Shown: positions 25,443-37,750, counted from the first letter of the stretch. The stretch: DNA of 64,000 nucleotides from Chiloscyllium plagiosum (GCF_004010195.1 NC_057718.1:38618023-38682022), one strand, 5' to 3'. Numbers and translations are program-made. The notes: generated by a model from the sequence alone, not told the origin.

Positions 25443-26168
25443 AAGGCAGAGAGCCTGAAGCGTGGAGAGATAAGCTAGAGGAGGGTGGGGGTGGGGAGAA
25501 AGTAGCATAGAGTACAATAGGTGAGTGGGAGAGGAGATGAAGGTGATAGGTCAGGGAGGAGAGGGTGGAGTGGATAGGTGGAAAAGGAGATAGGGAGGGA
25601 GGACAAGTCCGGACAAGTCATGGGGACAGTGCTGAGCTGGAAGTTTGGAACTAGGGTGAGGTGGTGGAAGGGGAAATGAGGAAACTGTTGAAGTCCATAT
25701 ATATGCCCTGGGGTTGAAGTGTTCCGAGGCGGAAGATGAGGCCTTCTTCCTCCAGGCGTCTGGTGGTGAGGGAGCGGCGGTGAAGGAGGCCCAGGACCTC
25801 CATGTCCTCGGCAGAGTGGGAGGGGGAGTTGAAATGTTGGGCCATGAGGCAGTGTGGTTGATTGGTGCGGGTGTCCCGGAGATGTTCCCTAAAGCGCGCT
25901 GCTAGGAGGCACCCAGTCTCCCCAGTGTAGAGGAGACTGCATTGGGAGCAACGGATACAATAAATGATATTAGTGGATGTGCAGGTAAAACTTTATTGGA
26001 TGCGGAAGGCTCCTTTAGGGCCTTGGATAGAGGTGAGGGAGGAGGTGTGGGTGCAGGTTTTACAGTTCCTGCGGTGGCAGGGGAAGGTGCCAGGATGGGA
26101 GGGTGGGTTGTTGGGGGGCGTGGACCTGACGAGGTAGTCACGGAGGGAACGGTCTTTGCGGAAGGCGG

Positions 26169-26278
26169 NNNNNNNNNNNNNNNNNNNNNNNNNNNNNNNN
26201 NNNNNNNNNNNNNNNNNNNNNNNNNNNNNNNNNNNNNNNNNNNNNNNNNNNNNNNNNNNNNNNNNNNNNNNNNNNNNN
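26169..26278. other. Assembly gap (110 N) inside the Penelope element
   Basis: Run of N. Confidence 1.
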
Positions 26279-26743
26279 CTCTAAAGAAGGAGGCCATCTA
26301 GTGTGTTCTGTGGTGGAACTGGTCCTTCTGGGAGCAGACACGGCGGAGGCGGAGGAATTGGGAATACGGGATGGCATTTTTGCAAGAGGTAGGGTGGGAA
26401 GAGGTGTAATCCAGGTAGCTGTGGGAGTCGGTGGGTTTGTAAAAAATATTAGTGTTAAGTCGGTCATCATTAATGGAGATGAAGAGGTCCAGGAAGGGGA
26501 GGGAGGTATCAGAGATGGTCCAGGTCAATTTAAGGTCAGGGTGGAATGTGTTGGTGAAGTTGATGAATTGCTCAGCCTCCTCGCGGGAGCACGAGGTGGC
26601 GCCAATGCAGTCATCAGTGTAGCAGAGGAAGAGGTGGGGAGTGGTGCCGGTGGTCCGCCACTCACCTATTGTACTCTATGCTACTTTCTCCCCACCCCCA
26701 CCCTCCTCTAGCTTGTCTCTCCACGCTTCAGGCTCTCTGCCTT

Positions 26744-26781
26744 TATTCCTGATGAAAGGCTTTTGCCCGAAACATCGATTT
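26744..26781 (+). ncRNA. Hammerhead-like motif in the inverted Penelope arm, sense to the SYT14 transcript
   Basis: attc CTGATGA a AGGC TTTT GCCC GAAAC ATC gattt; one stem II mismatch. Confidence 0.55.
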
Positions 26782-27524
26782 CGTTGCTCCTTGGATGCTG
26801 CCTGAACTGCTGTGCTCTTCCAGCACCACTAATCCAGAATGAGCCAGATTTGTGCCTGTCCCTGCATGCAAAGTGGCCAATCAGCATCTTTGCAATGAAA
26901 GTTACCATGAATTCCAAAATGAATAATACGTGAATCAGATGTGTGCTATGATGGTGTTGGTGAAGTTGGTGCATGTCAGATGTCAACATTGGTGCATGGG
27001 TGCAAGAAGTTGCTGGCCATGAAGCATGCCCTGAGTTGATGACTAATGCTGACAAAGACTGACTCCACAAGGAGCAAGTCATGAGCTGCAACACCAGGTG
27101 TCTGCTCAGACCTTTATGTCAGGAATTGTAGCAGTCTAATTTCTGTACCCTGCCTGTGAAAGTAACATATTGTGCATAAGTAAGGCGAGATGACATAATA
27201 TTGAGCTGTTAATACAAGCAAATAAATCTGTTGTTGCTCAATTGCTAGATTTTCATCTTCCTATTAAAACCTTAGGTGGAAATACAACTTATTTTTCCTC
27301 AGTATCAAGAAGCTCATTTTATTCTCACCGTATTTTATTAACTAACTCACCATTCCTCCTACCATTCCAAAGCTGGGAAAATTCTGTCCCTTGGTTTTAC
27401 AGGTGAATGGGTTTCTGCTGCATTTCCACTAAATTTTCAGGGGTGAAGTAAAAGTGTCTCTGAGGAGTTTTCAGTTCACATATTTATTGGTTGCTGAAGC
27501 AGTAAGAAGGGGTCATAAGGTTTG

Positions 27525-28640
27525 TTAAAATTTACTCTTGGGGCATGGGGATCACTGGCTGGCCACTATTTGCTGCCTGTCCCTAGCTGCCCTTGAGAAG
27601 GTGGTGGTCAGCTATGTTCTTGAGCCACTGCAGTCCATGTGCATTAGGTGGATCCACTATGCCCTCCTAATTTGTGCTTTGCTGATGTTGGACAGGATTT
27701 GGGAGTGAGGAGATAAGTTACTCGCTGCAGTATTCCTAGCCTCTGACCTACATTTATAACCACTATATTTATATGGCGAGCCCAGGTAAGCTTCTGGTCA
27801 ATGGTAATCCCCAGAATGTTCATAGTGAGGGATTCTGTGATGGTAGCACCATTGAATGTCAAGGGACAATGCTTAGATTGTCTCTTATTGGAGATGGCCA
27901 TTGCCTAGCATTTGTGTGGCATGAATGCTACTTGTCATTTGTTAGCCCAAGCCTGGATATTATCCAACATTATTGCATTTGAATGTGGACTGTTTCAGTA
28001 TCTCGGAGTTGCAAACATTGTGCAATCATTGGCAAATATTTTCCCTGCAGAAATTACAATATATTTCCAAGTGAAGATGGTGTGTGCTTGGAGCGGAACT
28101 TGCTGATGGTGATGTTCCCATTTGTCTGCTGCCCTTGTCTTTCTAGATAATACTGGTTATGTGTTTGAAAGGTGTTATCTAAAGGGAATTAGAGAATTTC
28201 TGCAATGTATCTTGTCAATGGCACATGTGGTGGTGGAGGGAGTGAATGTTCATGAATGCAGTACCAGTCAAATGGGCTGGTTTGCCCTGGATGGTGTCAA
28301 GCTTTTTGCGGGTAGCTGGTGTTCCGTCTCACACACACCTGAATAGTATCTTGTAGATGATGGATAGAAAGCTTTGGGGAGTCAGGCAGTGAGTTATTGG
28401 TTTCAAGATTGCTAGCTCTGACCTGCTATAGTAGATACAGTACTTTAAGGCTAGTCCAGTTCAGTTTGCAATTGATGGCAATTGATAGTGGAGGATTCAG
28501 TGATTGTGATGTCACTGAGTGCCAAGGGATGATGGTTAGATTTTCTCTTTTTGGAGATGGTTGTTGCCTGGCACATGTGTGTCATGAATGTTACTCGCCA
28601 CTTGTCAGTCCAAACTTGGATGTTGTCCAGATTTTGCAGC
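27525..28640 (-). mobile_element. Family-B LINE 3' fragments (two overlapping tandem pieces)
   Basis: ORFs MAISNKRQSKHCPLTFNGATITES...ILGITIDQKLTWARHIN...QRLGILQR and LQNLDNIQVWTDKWRVTF, typical of the CR1/L2 RT C-terminus. Confidence 0.8.
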
Positions 28641-28680
28641 ACTATCAATTATAATAAATGATACTTTTAATAATCTTCGT

Positions 28681-29855
28681 CGAGACTGTGGTGCTGGAAA
28701 AGCACAGCAGGTCAGGAGCATCTGAGGAGCAGGAAAATCGATGTTTCTGGCATAAGCCCTTCATCAGGAATGAGACTTGTGGGTCGGGGCTTAGAGATAA
28801 ATGGGGGAGGTAGCTGGGAAAGTGGTAGGTGGATGAAGGGGAGGGAGAAGGTGATAGGTCAGAGGGGGAAATCATGGAGGGGTCTGGAGGGCAGTGCCGG
28901 GTTGGATGCTTGGGACTGGGGTAATGTGGGGGGAGGGGAAATGTGGAAACTGTTGAAATCCACATTTACCCCGTGTGGTTTCAGTGTCCCAAGGCAGAAA
29001 ATGAGGCGTTCCTCCTCCAGGCGTCAGGTGGTAACGGTTTGACGGAGGAGGATACCCAGGACCTGCATGTCCTTGACAGAGTAGGAGCGGAAGTTCAAGT
29101 GTTCAGCCATGGGGTGGTGGGATTTGTGGGTGCGGGTGTCCCAGAGATATTCTCTGAAACAATCTACAAGAAGGCGTCCTGTCTCCCCAATGTAGAGGAG
29201 ACTGCACCAGGTGCAACGGATGCAGTAGATGACATTGGTAGAGATACAGGTGAATTCTGACAGATGTGGAAGGATCCCTTGGGGCTGTGGATGGAGGTGG
29301 GGGTCCGTTTGGAGGTGGCGCAAGTGGCAGAGGATGGTGCATTGTATGCGGAGATTGGTGGGGTGGAAGGTGAGGACCAGAGGGTTCTCCTTGTTGCGTT
29401 GGGAGGGGTGGTGTTCAAGGGCTGTGGCGCGTGAAGTGGAGGATATATGCTGGAAGGCATCATCAACCACGTGGGAAGGGAATTTGCGATCGTGAAAGAA
29501 GGAGGCCAACTGGAACTTTCTGAGGTGGAATTGGACACCCTGGGAATAGATGTGGCAGAGGCAGAGGAATTGGGAATAAAGGATGGCGTTTTTACAGGAG
29601 GTGGGGTGAGAGGAGGTGTAGTCTACGTAGCTTTGGGAGTCAGTAGGCTTGTGGTATATGTCTGTAGTTAGTCGGTCGCCAGAGATAGTGATGGAGGGGT
29701 CCAGGAAGGGGAGGGATGTCACTGATGCTGTCCAGGTGAATTTGAGGTCGAGGTGGAAGACGTTGGTAAAGTTGATGAACTGCTCAACCTCCTTGTGGGA
29801 GCATGAGGCAGCCATGTGGAGGAACAGGTGGGGAGGTGCCAGTGAATCTGCGGAG
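28681..29855 (-). mobile_element. Penelope-like retroelement, 5'-truncated, single terminal arm
   Basis: ORF 29024-29815: LKFTWT..SLPFLDPSI, YHKPTDSQSYVDYTSSHP, NVIYCIRCTWCSLLYIGETGR..FREY (GIY-YIG). Arm with CTGATGAAGGGCTTATGCCAGAAAC on the minus strand at about 28743-28767. Confidence 0.92.
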
Positions 29856-30279
29856 AGTCATGGGCACCCGCTATGCCTGCCTGTTTTTCAGATACCCTCT
29901 CTCTCTTAATAATCTTCACTGAACTCATGAACTTGCACCTAACTGTCCTATTGCTTCCATTATATATTATATTATTACTGTATCTGGCATATGATCATAT
30001 GAGCCTCTATCCAAAGTTACTATTTTCATCATATGGCAGCAGTCTTTTGATTATTTCTGGATATAATTACAGTGAAGCTATTCTCACATCTGTGTTTAGA
30101 TGTGTAAGAACATGGAAATGTAAAAGAGAGAAACAGAAGTATGCCATTTTGCACTCAGGTTTGTTATGCCACATGAAAAGATGGTGGCTTGTCTGATGCC
30201 TCAATTCCACTTTTGTGCCCAACTCCCACACCCAATGACAGCCAAAGTCAACCTAAACCTACCAGACCAAACCTACCTG

Positions 30280-30452
30280 TCTCATTGGTGAGAGACAACT
30301 GGTAGTGGTTTAACCTGAGGGTCACCACACCTCAGGCAAGGGGACAGGTTGAGAAGAAGTGTTCTTCATGGTAACCTCAGACGTGCAGGCAGTTAACCCA
30401 TGCTATTGGTCTCACTCTGTGTCGCAAGCAGCTATCCAGCCAAATGAGCTAA
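30280..30452 (-). mobile_element. tRNA-derived SINE
   Basis: Minus strand starts gttagctcatttggctgg (A-box), followed by gggttaactgcc (B-box-like). A related partial copy lies at about 51680-51770. Confidence 0.55.
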
Positions 30453-31721
30453 CGAAACTCTCACCCCAACACTTGACTCCCCTTTAAATCAAAAATCTGT
30501 CCAAATGACTTCAATCTCCAATTCTTTCTGCTGAAATGAATTATAAAGATTTATAACCTCTGACAGAAGAAATTCCTCAGGTGGAACTTTTTGAAAGCAG
30601 CACATAGAACCAGTCATAACCTCATAGCACTTATAGAGTCATAGAGATGTACAGCACAGAAAAAGATCTCCCAAACTAGAAACTCCTCTCGCTGCCCATA
30701 GTTTGAACTCTGAGTCCATCATCCCTAGTCAGAACCCTGGCATGCCAACTATAGGTGTAAGTGGCGAAGTCTTGGATAAACAACACTCACTCTGACGTAT
30801 CGCCCTCCATGCTTTGACTGTACTAATGACAGTGGGGTTCTGGCAATGGTCCATAACTGTCCTCATCTTATCCATGAACAACAGGTTAATAAGAGGGCAC
30901 TTTGCCTGGGAGGCCTCGATATCCACCCATATTGAGTTTGGATCGTTACCTACCCAATCGCAGATAAAGGAGAGCAGGGAACTCAATTGATACCTCCTGA
31001 TGTCTGGGAAATCAACTCTTCCCCCTCCATGAGGCAACTGCAATTTAGTAAGTTTGATGAGGGGCCGCCCACAATGCCAGACAAAGGAACCAAACCACCC
31101 CATAAGCTTCCGCAGCGTTGACCAGGGAAACATTATAGGGAGCATATGCATGGGATAAAGCAAACGAGGAAGAACATTCATCTTAATGAGAGATATTCGG
31201 CCCAGCCATGAAATTGGAAGAGCTTCCCATCTCTGGAGATCTTGCCTAATATTGGTGAGCAAGTGAGCAAAGTTAGTCCGAAATAACAGATCAAACTTGG
31301 GAGTAATAAAAATGCCTAGGTATCGGAACCCTGCCCGTGACCACTTAAAAGGGAACTTCTGGGACATCCTTAAGGTTCCTCAAAGGCAAAGCCTCCGATT
31401 TTGCAAAGTTAATCTTATATCCTGAAATAGCCCCAAATGAATTGATACATTGTATCAAATGAGGACAGAGGTCATCGGTTCGATAAAAACAGAAGGACAT
31501 CATCCGCATACAGTGTAATCTTGTGTGCCTTCGAACCCACTTCCAGAGCGGTTATGTGGACGTTCTGACGAATGGCTTCTGCCAGTGGCTCTATCACCAA
31601 CGTAAACAACAGCAGTCAGAGGGGGCAGCCTTGCCGACTACCCCTACCAATCCTAAAAAAATTCCCAGACTTCACCCCGTTGGTGACGACCACGACCAGA
31701 GATTGGCGATATAAAACCTCT

Positions 31722-31865
31722 GAGGAGAAAGTGAGGTCTGCAGATGCTGGAGGTTAGAGATGGAAATGTGTTGCTGGAAAAGCGCAGCAGGTCAGGCAGC
31801 ATCTAGGGAACAGGAGAATCGACGTTTTGGGCATTAGCCTGAAGAAGGGCTAATGCCCGAAACGT
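31722..31865. mobile_element. 144-bp Penelope-derived element inserted into L1 ORF2, with an exact 15-bp TSD
   Basis: cgatataaaacctct at 31707-31721 and 31866-31880. Arm matches the Penelope termini. Ends in the hairpin atcgacgttttgggcattagcc / ggctaatgcccgaaacgtcgat. Confidence 0.9.
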
Positions 31866-31866
31866 C
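31839..31866 (+). ncRNA. Hammerhead ribozyme core with intact consensus
   Basis: CTGAAGA a GGGC TAAT GCCC GAAAC GTC. Stem I partner is poor in this copy. Confidence 0.6.
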
Positions 31867-34800
31867 GATATAAAACCTCTACCTACATAGCAGAGACCCC
31901 ACCCAACCCAAACTGTTCTAAGACATAAAAACGATATGGCCATTCCACCCGGTCAAATGCTTTCTCTGCATCTAAGGAAATCACCAACCCCTGAAGCGAT
32001 CGCTGCTGACAAGCTTGGATCATATTCAGCAACCTTCTAATATTATTAGAGGACCGATGGCCCCTTATAAAGCCTGTCTGGTCCTCTTTAATAATATGGG
32101 GCAACACCCTTTCCAATCTCAGCGCCAGGATCTTGGACAGAATCTTGAAATCTGAATTTAATAAAGAGATGGGCCTGTATGAGGCACAATCCTCAGGAAC
32201 CTTCCCCTTCTTAAGAATTAGGGAAATATTAGCTTCTCTCAAAGATGGTGGTAGGTATTCATGCATATAGGAGTGATTGTACATCTCCAACATAGGCCCT
32301 GACAGAATCTCTATAAACTCCTCATAAAACTCACCTGGAAGACCATCAGGGACAGACGCTTTCCCACTCTGAAGTTGCCTAGCTGCGTCCTGTATTTCCT
32401 GAACTATCAAAGGGGCATTAAGGAGAGAGGCCTGTTCCAAGGTTACCCTGGGAGGTCCAGGTTCTTAAAAAAGGTCTCCATTTTAGCCCTCCTGTCCTCG
32501 CAACCTTCACACCAATATAATTCCGAGTAAAAGCTCTGAAAAGCCTCATTAATCTTTTTAGCTTCGTATGTAAGGACCCTGGCGCTGTCTCTGATTGCAG
32601 CAATGGATTGGGGAGCACGTCTTTTCCTAGTCAGGTATGCTAAATACTTCCCTGGCCTAACCCCATATTCGAACAGCCTTTGTCTAGCAAAAGCAAGTTC
32701 TTTCTTTGTGTTTTGTGTCAGTGTTGAATTCAAGGCAGCCCGGAGGGCCATGATCCGCCATAGCTTAGTCACCGAAGACCGTGCAAAATGTGCCGCCAAT
32801 CTTTCAACCGCGTCTCAAGCAGGTGCTGCTGTTCCTCCTTCTGTCATTTCTGGCTAGCCGAATAGGAAATAGCTAATCCCCTAGCAGAGGCCTTAGCAGT
32901 CTCCCATAGCATAGATGGACTACTAGTCGTGCCTGAGTCGATAGTCAAGAATTCCTGAAACTCCTTCAAAAAGTATTCCACAAATTTGGAATCCTTAAGG
33001 AAAAAAGGGTCCAAACACCAGTGCCACAAACCTAGCCCCTCACTCTTGGCCTTAACCTCCAAATACACTGCTTCATGATCAGAGATAGCTATATTCACAA
33101 TTTTACAACCCATAATCGAATCCAGAAGTGCTGAGGGAGCCAGAAAGAGGTCAATCCTCGTGTGACATTTATGTGGGTTTGAAAAAAAGGTGAAGTCCCT
33201 GCCAGTAGGGTGAAGACATCTCCAAATATCCACCAGCCCCAACTCCTCGCATAAGTCAACCACCTGCTTGGCCTGCGAAGAAATAGTTGGGGATCCAGAA
33301 GGCATCCTGTCCACTGTCAGATCCAAAAGATAATTAAAATCCCCCCCTATAATAATGTACTGTGTTCCAAGAGCACTGAACTTAGAGAAAGCACTAATCA
33401 AAAATTTGAGGGGATGCGCCGGAAGACAGTAGACATTTAAAATGCCATATTCCTCCCATGTATTAGGGCTTTAAGTATCACAAACCGTCCCTGCTCATCT
33501 TTCACCTGCTCTAATAATGTGAACGGAAGATTTTTTCTGGATAAGTACCGCCACTCCCCTGCTTTTAGTAGTAAAGGATGAAAAGAACCCCCCCCCCCCC
33601 GTTGTAATTTCACGTGCTCCCCATCATCAAGATGGGTTTCCTGCAACAAAGCGATATTAACCCTTTCCCTCTTAAGGCTAGAAAGCACTTTTTTCCTTTT
33701 AACAGGTGAATGACTTCCCTTAATGTTCCAGGTGCACTATTTAGTAAGACACTTATCCCCTTTCAGAGACCCTTGAACCCCCAGGGAGGAAGAACCCTGC
33801 TTACAAAGCACCGATCATAAGTAAATAAAGACTCATAGAGTCAAAGAACTATACATACAAAAACTACTCTATCATAACTATAAACAACTATTACTACCAA
33901 AAAACTACAAAGAAACCAACTATAAAACCTTGAATGGAAGACTCTTTCCCCTGCCCATAGGGGGCACTCACCCTACCCATCCCCTCCTTCACAGCTCCTT
34001 AAAACCCAGACTGTGTCCCAGCCTTAGGCCAGAAAAAAAACAAGAAGATGATCCTTAAATCAACAGAAAAAAGACCAAGTCAGGATGAGAACTCCACCCA
34101 TCCCTGGCTTCATGTCACCCCTACTTGTGAATAAAAGAGAAACAGAAGAAACAAAGGAAAGGGTAGAGACAACAAAGAACATCCACAAAATTTCCCATCA
34201 GAAAATTCAGTTATTAAAAAAAAGGAACAACTTACTCCAAGGTTTTTTCCCCCCTTTCCAAAAAGGAAAGTATTAAGAAGGAAGAAAGGAATTTTAGAAA
34301 AAGGAAGGGAAAACCTGGGGAAAGATAGAAAAAAGAACAAACATTAACCATATTCTTCAGGCCAATCCTTCTATTTTAAGGTGTCTACAAAGTTTTTAGC
34401 TTTATCTGCTGAGTCAGATTTATAAACTGAGTCCTCATGGCTGAAATGGAGCATTGCGGGGTATCTCATGGAGTACTGGATGCCCAGGTTCCTCAGCCTC
34501 TTTTTAACTTCATCAAAGGACTTCCTCTTTCGAATTAAAGCTGCAGAGAAATCTTGGAAAAACATGATTTTTGACCTCTTGTACAGCAGTGCCTGCGGAT
34601 GTTTTCCCAGGGATCTGGAAGCTTCTATGCCTTTTTGCTTGTCCTTATATGAATGGAAGTGCACTAGGACTGAGCGGGGGTACTGCACCAGCCCTGACCT
34701 GTGCAGTGTAACCCGATAAGCCCTTTCAATCTGTAGCCTGCTGGACTCGATGTGAAGGCCCAAAAACTTCGGCAGCCAGTTTTCAATGGAGCTCACTGGC

Positions 34801-35427
34801 TGCTCACCTTCAGGGAGCACAACAATTTATCCTCCGACCTTGATTTTCGAGGTCGTCGATATGGTCTCGCAAGGCCCACACCTCTTGCTTCACCACCTGG
34901 ATTCGACTGGATGAGGACACCATTTCAGCTTCCGAAGCCTTAGTTCGACCCTCCACCTCCTCCAGCCTCTCCCCAAGGCCCTGGATCTCCTGCTCATGCT
35001 TTTGCAACATGGATGCGATAGGTTGGACTTGGGCACGAATCACCCCACAGATCTCCTCAATCGCAGCCCCAACTTTCAAGGTAAGTCTCTCCATCGCCGC
35101 AACCAATTCCTGTGAATCTGTCAGGTCCTGGGTGGGGGGGAGGACAGGAGTGGCTGCTGCTGCGACAGTCTCTGGTGTTGTAGGTGCTGCAGGGGCGTGT
35201 CCTCCCTGCTGCTGTTTGCTTGTTCCTTTTCCCTTTGGCTTCCTTTTCCCTTTGGCATCTTTCCCCCCCACTCCCAAAATTAACAAATGTGTTCTGTAAG
35301 GTTTTAAACTCATAATTCCACCACATAAGTTGGCCAGGGATGGCAAAAAAACACCAGTGTGCCTTGGCTGTTAGGCAGAGCTGTCGACAACAGTTCTATA
35401 GAATTACTGCCATCTTGCCGAGTCCCC

Positions 35428-35700
35428 ACATACCTTTTAAATGTTGTAATTGTACTAGCCTCCACCACTTCATCCAGCAGCTCATTCCACACGTGCACCA
35501 CCCTCTGTGTGAAAAAGTTGCCCCTTAGGTCTCTTTTATATCTTTCCCCACTCACCCTAAACCTATGCCCTCTAGATCTGGACTCCTCCATCCCAGGGAA
35601 AAGACCTTGTCTATTTACCCTATCCATGCCCCTCATGATTTTATAAACACCTATAAGGTCACCTCTCAGTCTCCGATGCTCCAGGGCAAACAGCCCTTCT
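35428..35700 (-). mobile_element. CR1 3' fragment whose terminal tail lies at 30632-30663, on the far side of the L1
   Basis: LFALEHRRLRGDLIGVYKIMRG...FFTQRVVHVWNEL; tail tatagagtcatagagatgtacagcacag at 30632. Confidence 0.85.
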
Positions 35701-36289
35701 TTAAAAAAAGACCAACTACATGTTGTGCCACTCAAGCCAGTGGCAGGCCTTCCCAATGCAGGAAACTTAATTAACACTAATATAAAAATGCAGATGTCAA
35801 TGAGAAAATGGCGTAGGAATGGAGAGGCAAGTTAATCTTATTCACCTCTCATTGTGACATCATCAAAAATGAGTGTTAGAAACAGAATTTTTTAAGAGAA
35901 TGGAAGGATGGTATTTGTGGGGATCACTGTGAAGGATGGATATGACTTTGCAATAACATGAACGTGAGTGTCATGCGTGGTTGATCAGTTGTGCTGTGAG
36001 GAGGGGAATACGAGGTTTGTGGTTTGAAGAGTGGTGTTCAGAAGAAGACTGTGGAAGGCAAAGTAAGGGATTTTAATACCAATATCCCCTCTAGTTTTTG
36101 TTTTGTTAAATGCTGCCTATTCATTGTGCATAGAATGTTTATAATTTGTTTGAAGGGCTGTGCATATGTTAACTAAAAGAGGCTAACTTGTGCTTGACCT
36201 GTGTAAAGATTTCTGGGATCCTGTGCATTTACACAATTTAGGTGAAACATTGGTTTGTCCTTGAACATGCCATTCCACTTAACGTTTCT

Positions 36290-36810
36290 GTCCTGATTAG
36301 GTTGTCAAACTTCTTGCGGCACCATATCCAGAAGCTATATGCCATGCTTTATGAAACATCTCTGTTCAGTTTGCAAAAATGACCCTGAGCTACCAAACAT
36401 TTCTCATTTGAATTCTCTGTTTTAGTCCCACTTTGATCTTTCTGACTTTGGCTTTCTGCATTGCTCTAATAAGCTTGATAGAAGTTCATGAAATAGCACT
36501 TCATCTTGCATTAGCACTTTTTAACCTACTACGTTTAGACCATAACCATTGCTCCCATTTTATTTAGGATACTTGTTGTTGGTAATGACTCTCTAGACCC
36601 ATTTTTGTTTCTTATCCCATAATTTTTTGCTTTTGCCTTGCATCAACTTCCCTTTCGTATATAGATTTCTCTATCATCATCCTTTCACAGTTTCTGGTCT
36701 TGATTAAAACCTGCCATATATCTTTACAAATCCCCATTCTGATGAAACTTAAAACGTTAACCTTTGTTTCTCCATTAATGTGGCTTCACTTGCTAAGTAT
36801 TTTCATTTTT
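36290..36810 (+). mobile_element. Highly decayed Penelope-like 3' end
   Basis: Weak similarity to the GIY-YIG C-terminus, plus terminal ctgatgaaacttaaaacgttaacctttgtttctcc resembling the arm. Confidence 0.4.
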
Positions 36811-37499
36811 AAATAATACAGCTCATGACCCAACTGTCACTTCACTCCCTCCTCCAGTTGTGCCTTCTTCTCCTCAAAGATCTCTGTGTCATATATCAGC
36901 ATTCTATAACAGAAATGATAGTTAGTTGACTTTGTCTTGGTCCTTAATCAAAGTCCCAATTTGCCAGTCAGAAATGAGTAAGAGAGATAAATTTATTCTG
37001 CTTTCAATTATTCCCCTCCCCTCTTTTATGAACTGCTACATCTTTACTCTGGCTATTTAAATGACCTTTGTTGATGAGAATGTGACTTTTGGATATGTGA
37101 ACACAAATCTGTATTCATCATCTTAGTGTAAAACTATACCAAAGCACCATGTGTCCACATCATTGACATTGTTATTCAGCAGTAGTGTTGGGATAACATT
37201 GCTATTTCTCAGGTTTAGGAATCAAGGAGGTATGTTATGACATATTTATATTCACTAAAAATGTAATCTTATAAATGTGCCATTAGAAATTCGTCTTTTG
37301 ATTTCATTAATAACAGTGTCAATAGCATATAATGTAGATAAAATATTTCCAAACTAACCTGGTGATACAAAGTTCATTCCAACTTAAACTGGATGAAAAA
37401 AAGCTGATTACTACATATTAGATTTTGTAGTTTTGGACCTGTCTATTTCTGACACTGAATTGGATGCAACAGCTTTTGCCAATGCTGTGGGACAACCAT

Positions 37500-37750
37500 T
37501 TTTTTGTTTTATTTTTCATTCATGAGTCAAGGGCATCACTGGCTGGGGAACATTTTTTTTGCCCATCCCTAATTGCCCAGAGGGCAGTTAAGAGTCAATC
37601 ACATTGCTGCGAGTCTGGAATTACATGCAGGTCAGACCAAGTTAGGATGGCAGTTTCCTTCCCTAAAGGACTTTAGTGAACCAGATGGGTTTTTCTGACA
37701 ATTAACAGTGGATTCATGGTCATCTGGTATCTATCCTAATCACAGATTTT
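37500..37750 (-). mobile_element. SINE of the 20288 family (partial)
   Basis: Reverse complement matches 20400-20610 (gagggcagttaagagtcaa, cagtttccttccctaaagga). Confidence 0.8.

Larger units (their letters stand above)
25311..26837 (-). mobile_element. Penelope-like retroelement, 5'-truncated, with an inverted terminal arm and a 17-bp TSD
   Basis: RT C-terminus LPFLDLFISI...FYKPTDSHSYLDYTSSHP and GIY-YIG region ending AQHFNSPSH...LEEEGLIFRLGTLQPQG. About 25336-25529 is repeated inverted at about 26657-26840. TSD aatgggccagatttgtg (25294-25310) / aatgagccagatttgtg (26838-26854). Confidence 0.92.
30664..35427 (-). mobile_element. L1-clade LINE, 5'-complete and 3'-deleted, decayed (ORF1 about 35258-34371; ORF2 about 33755-30665)
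   Basis: ORF1: coiled coil, IDDLENQGRR, LQIERAYRV, PRSVLVHF, FFQDFSA, YSMRYPA. ORF2: TWNIKG, IALLQETHL, IIGGDFN, RIDLFL, ISDH (APE); YRPISLLNSDFKILSK, ISLDAEKAFDRVEW, LYADD at about 31499-31513; LGRISLIKMNVLPRLLY. Confidence 0.95.
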
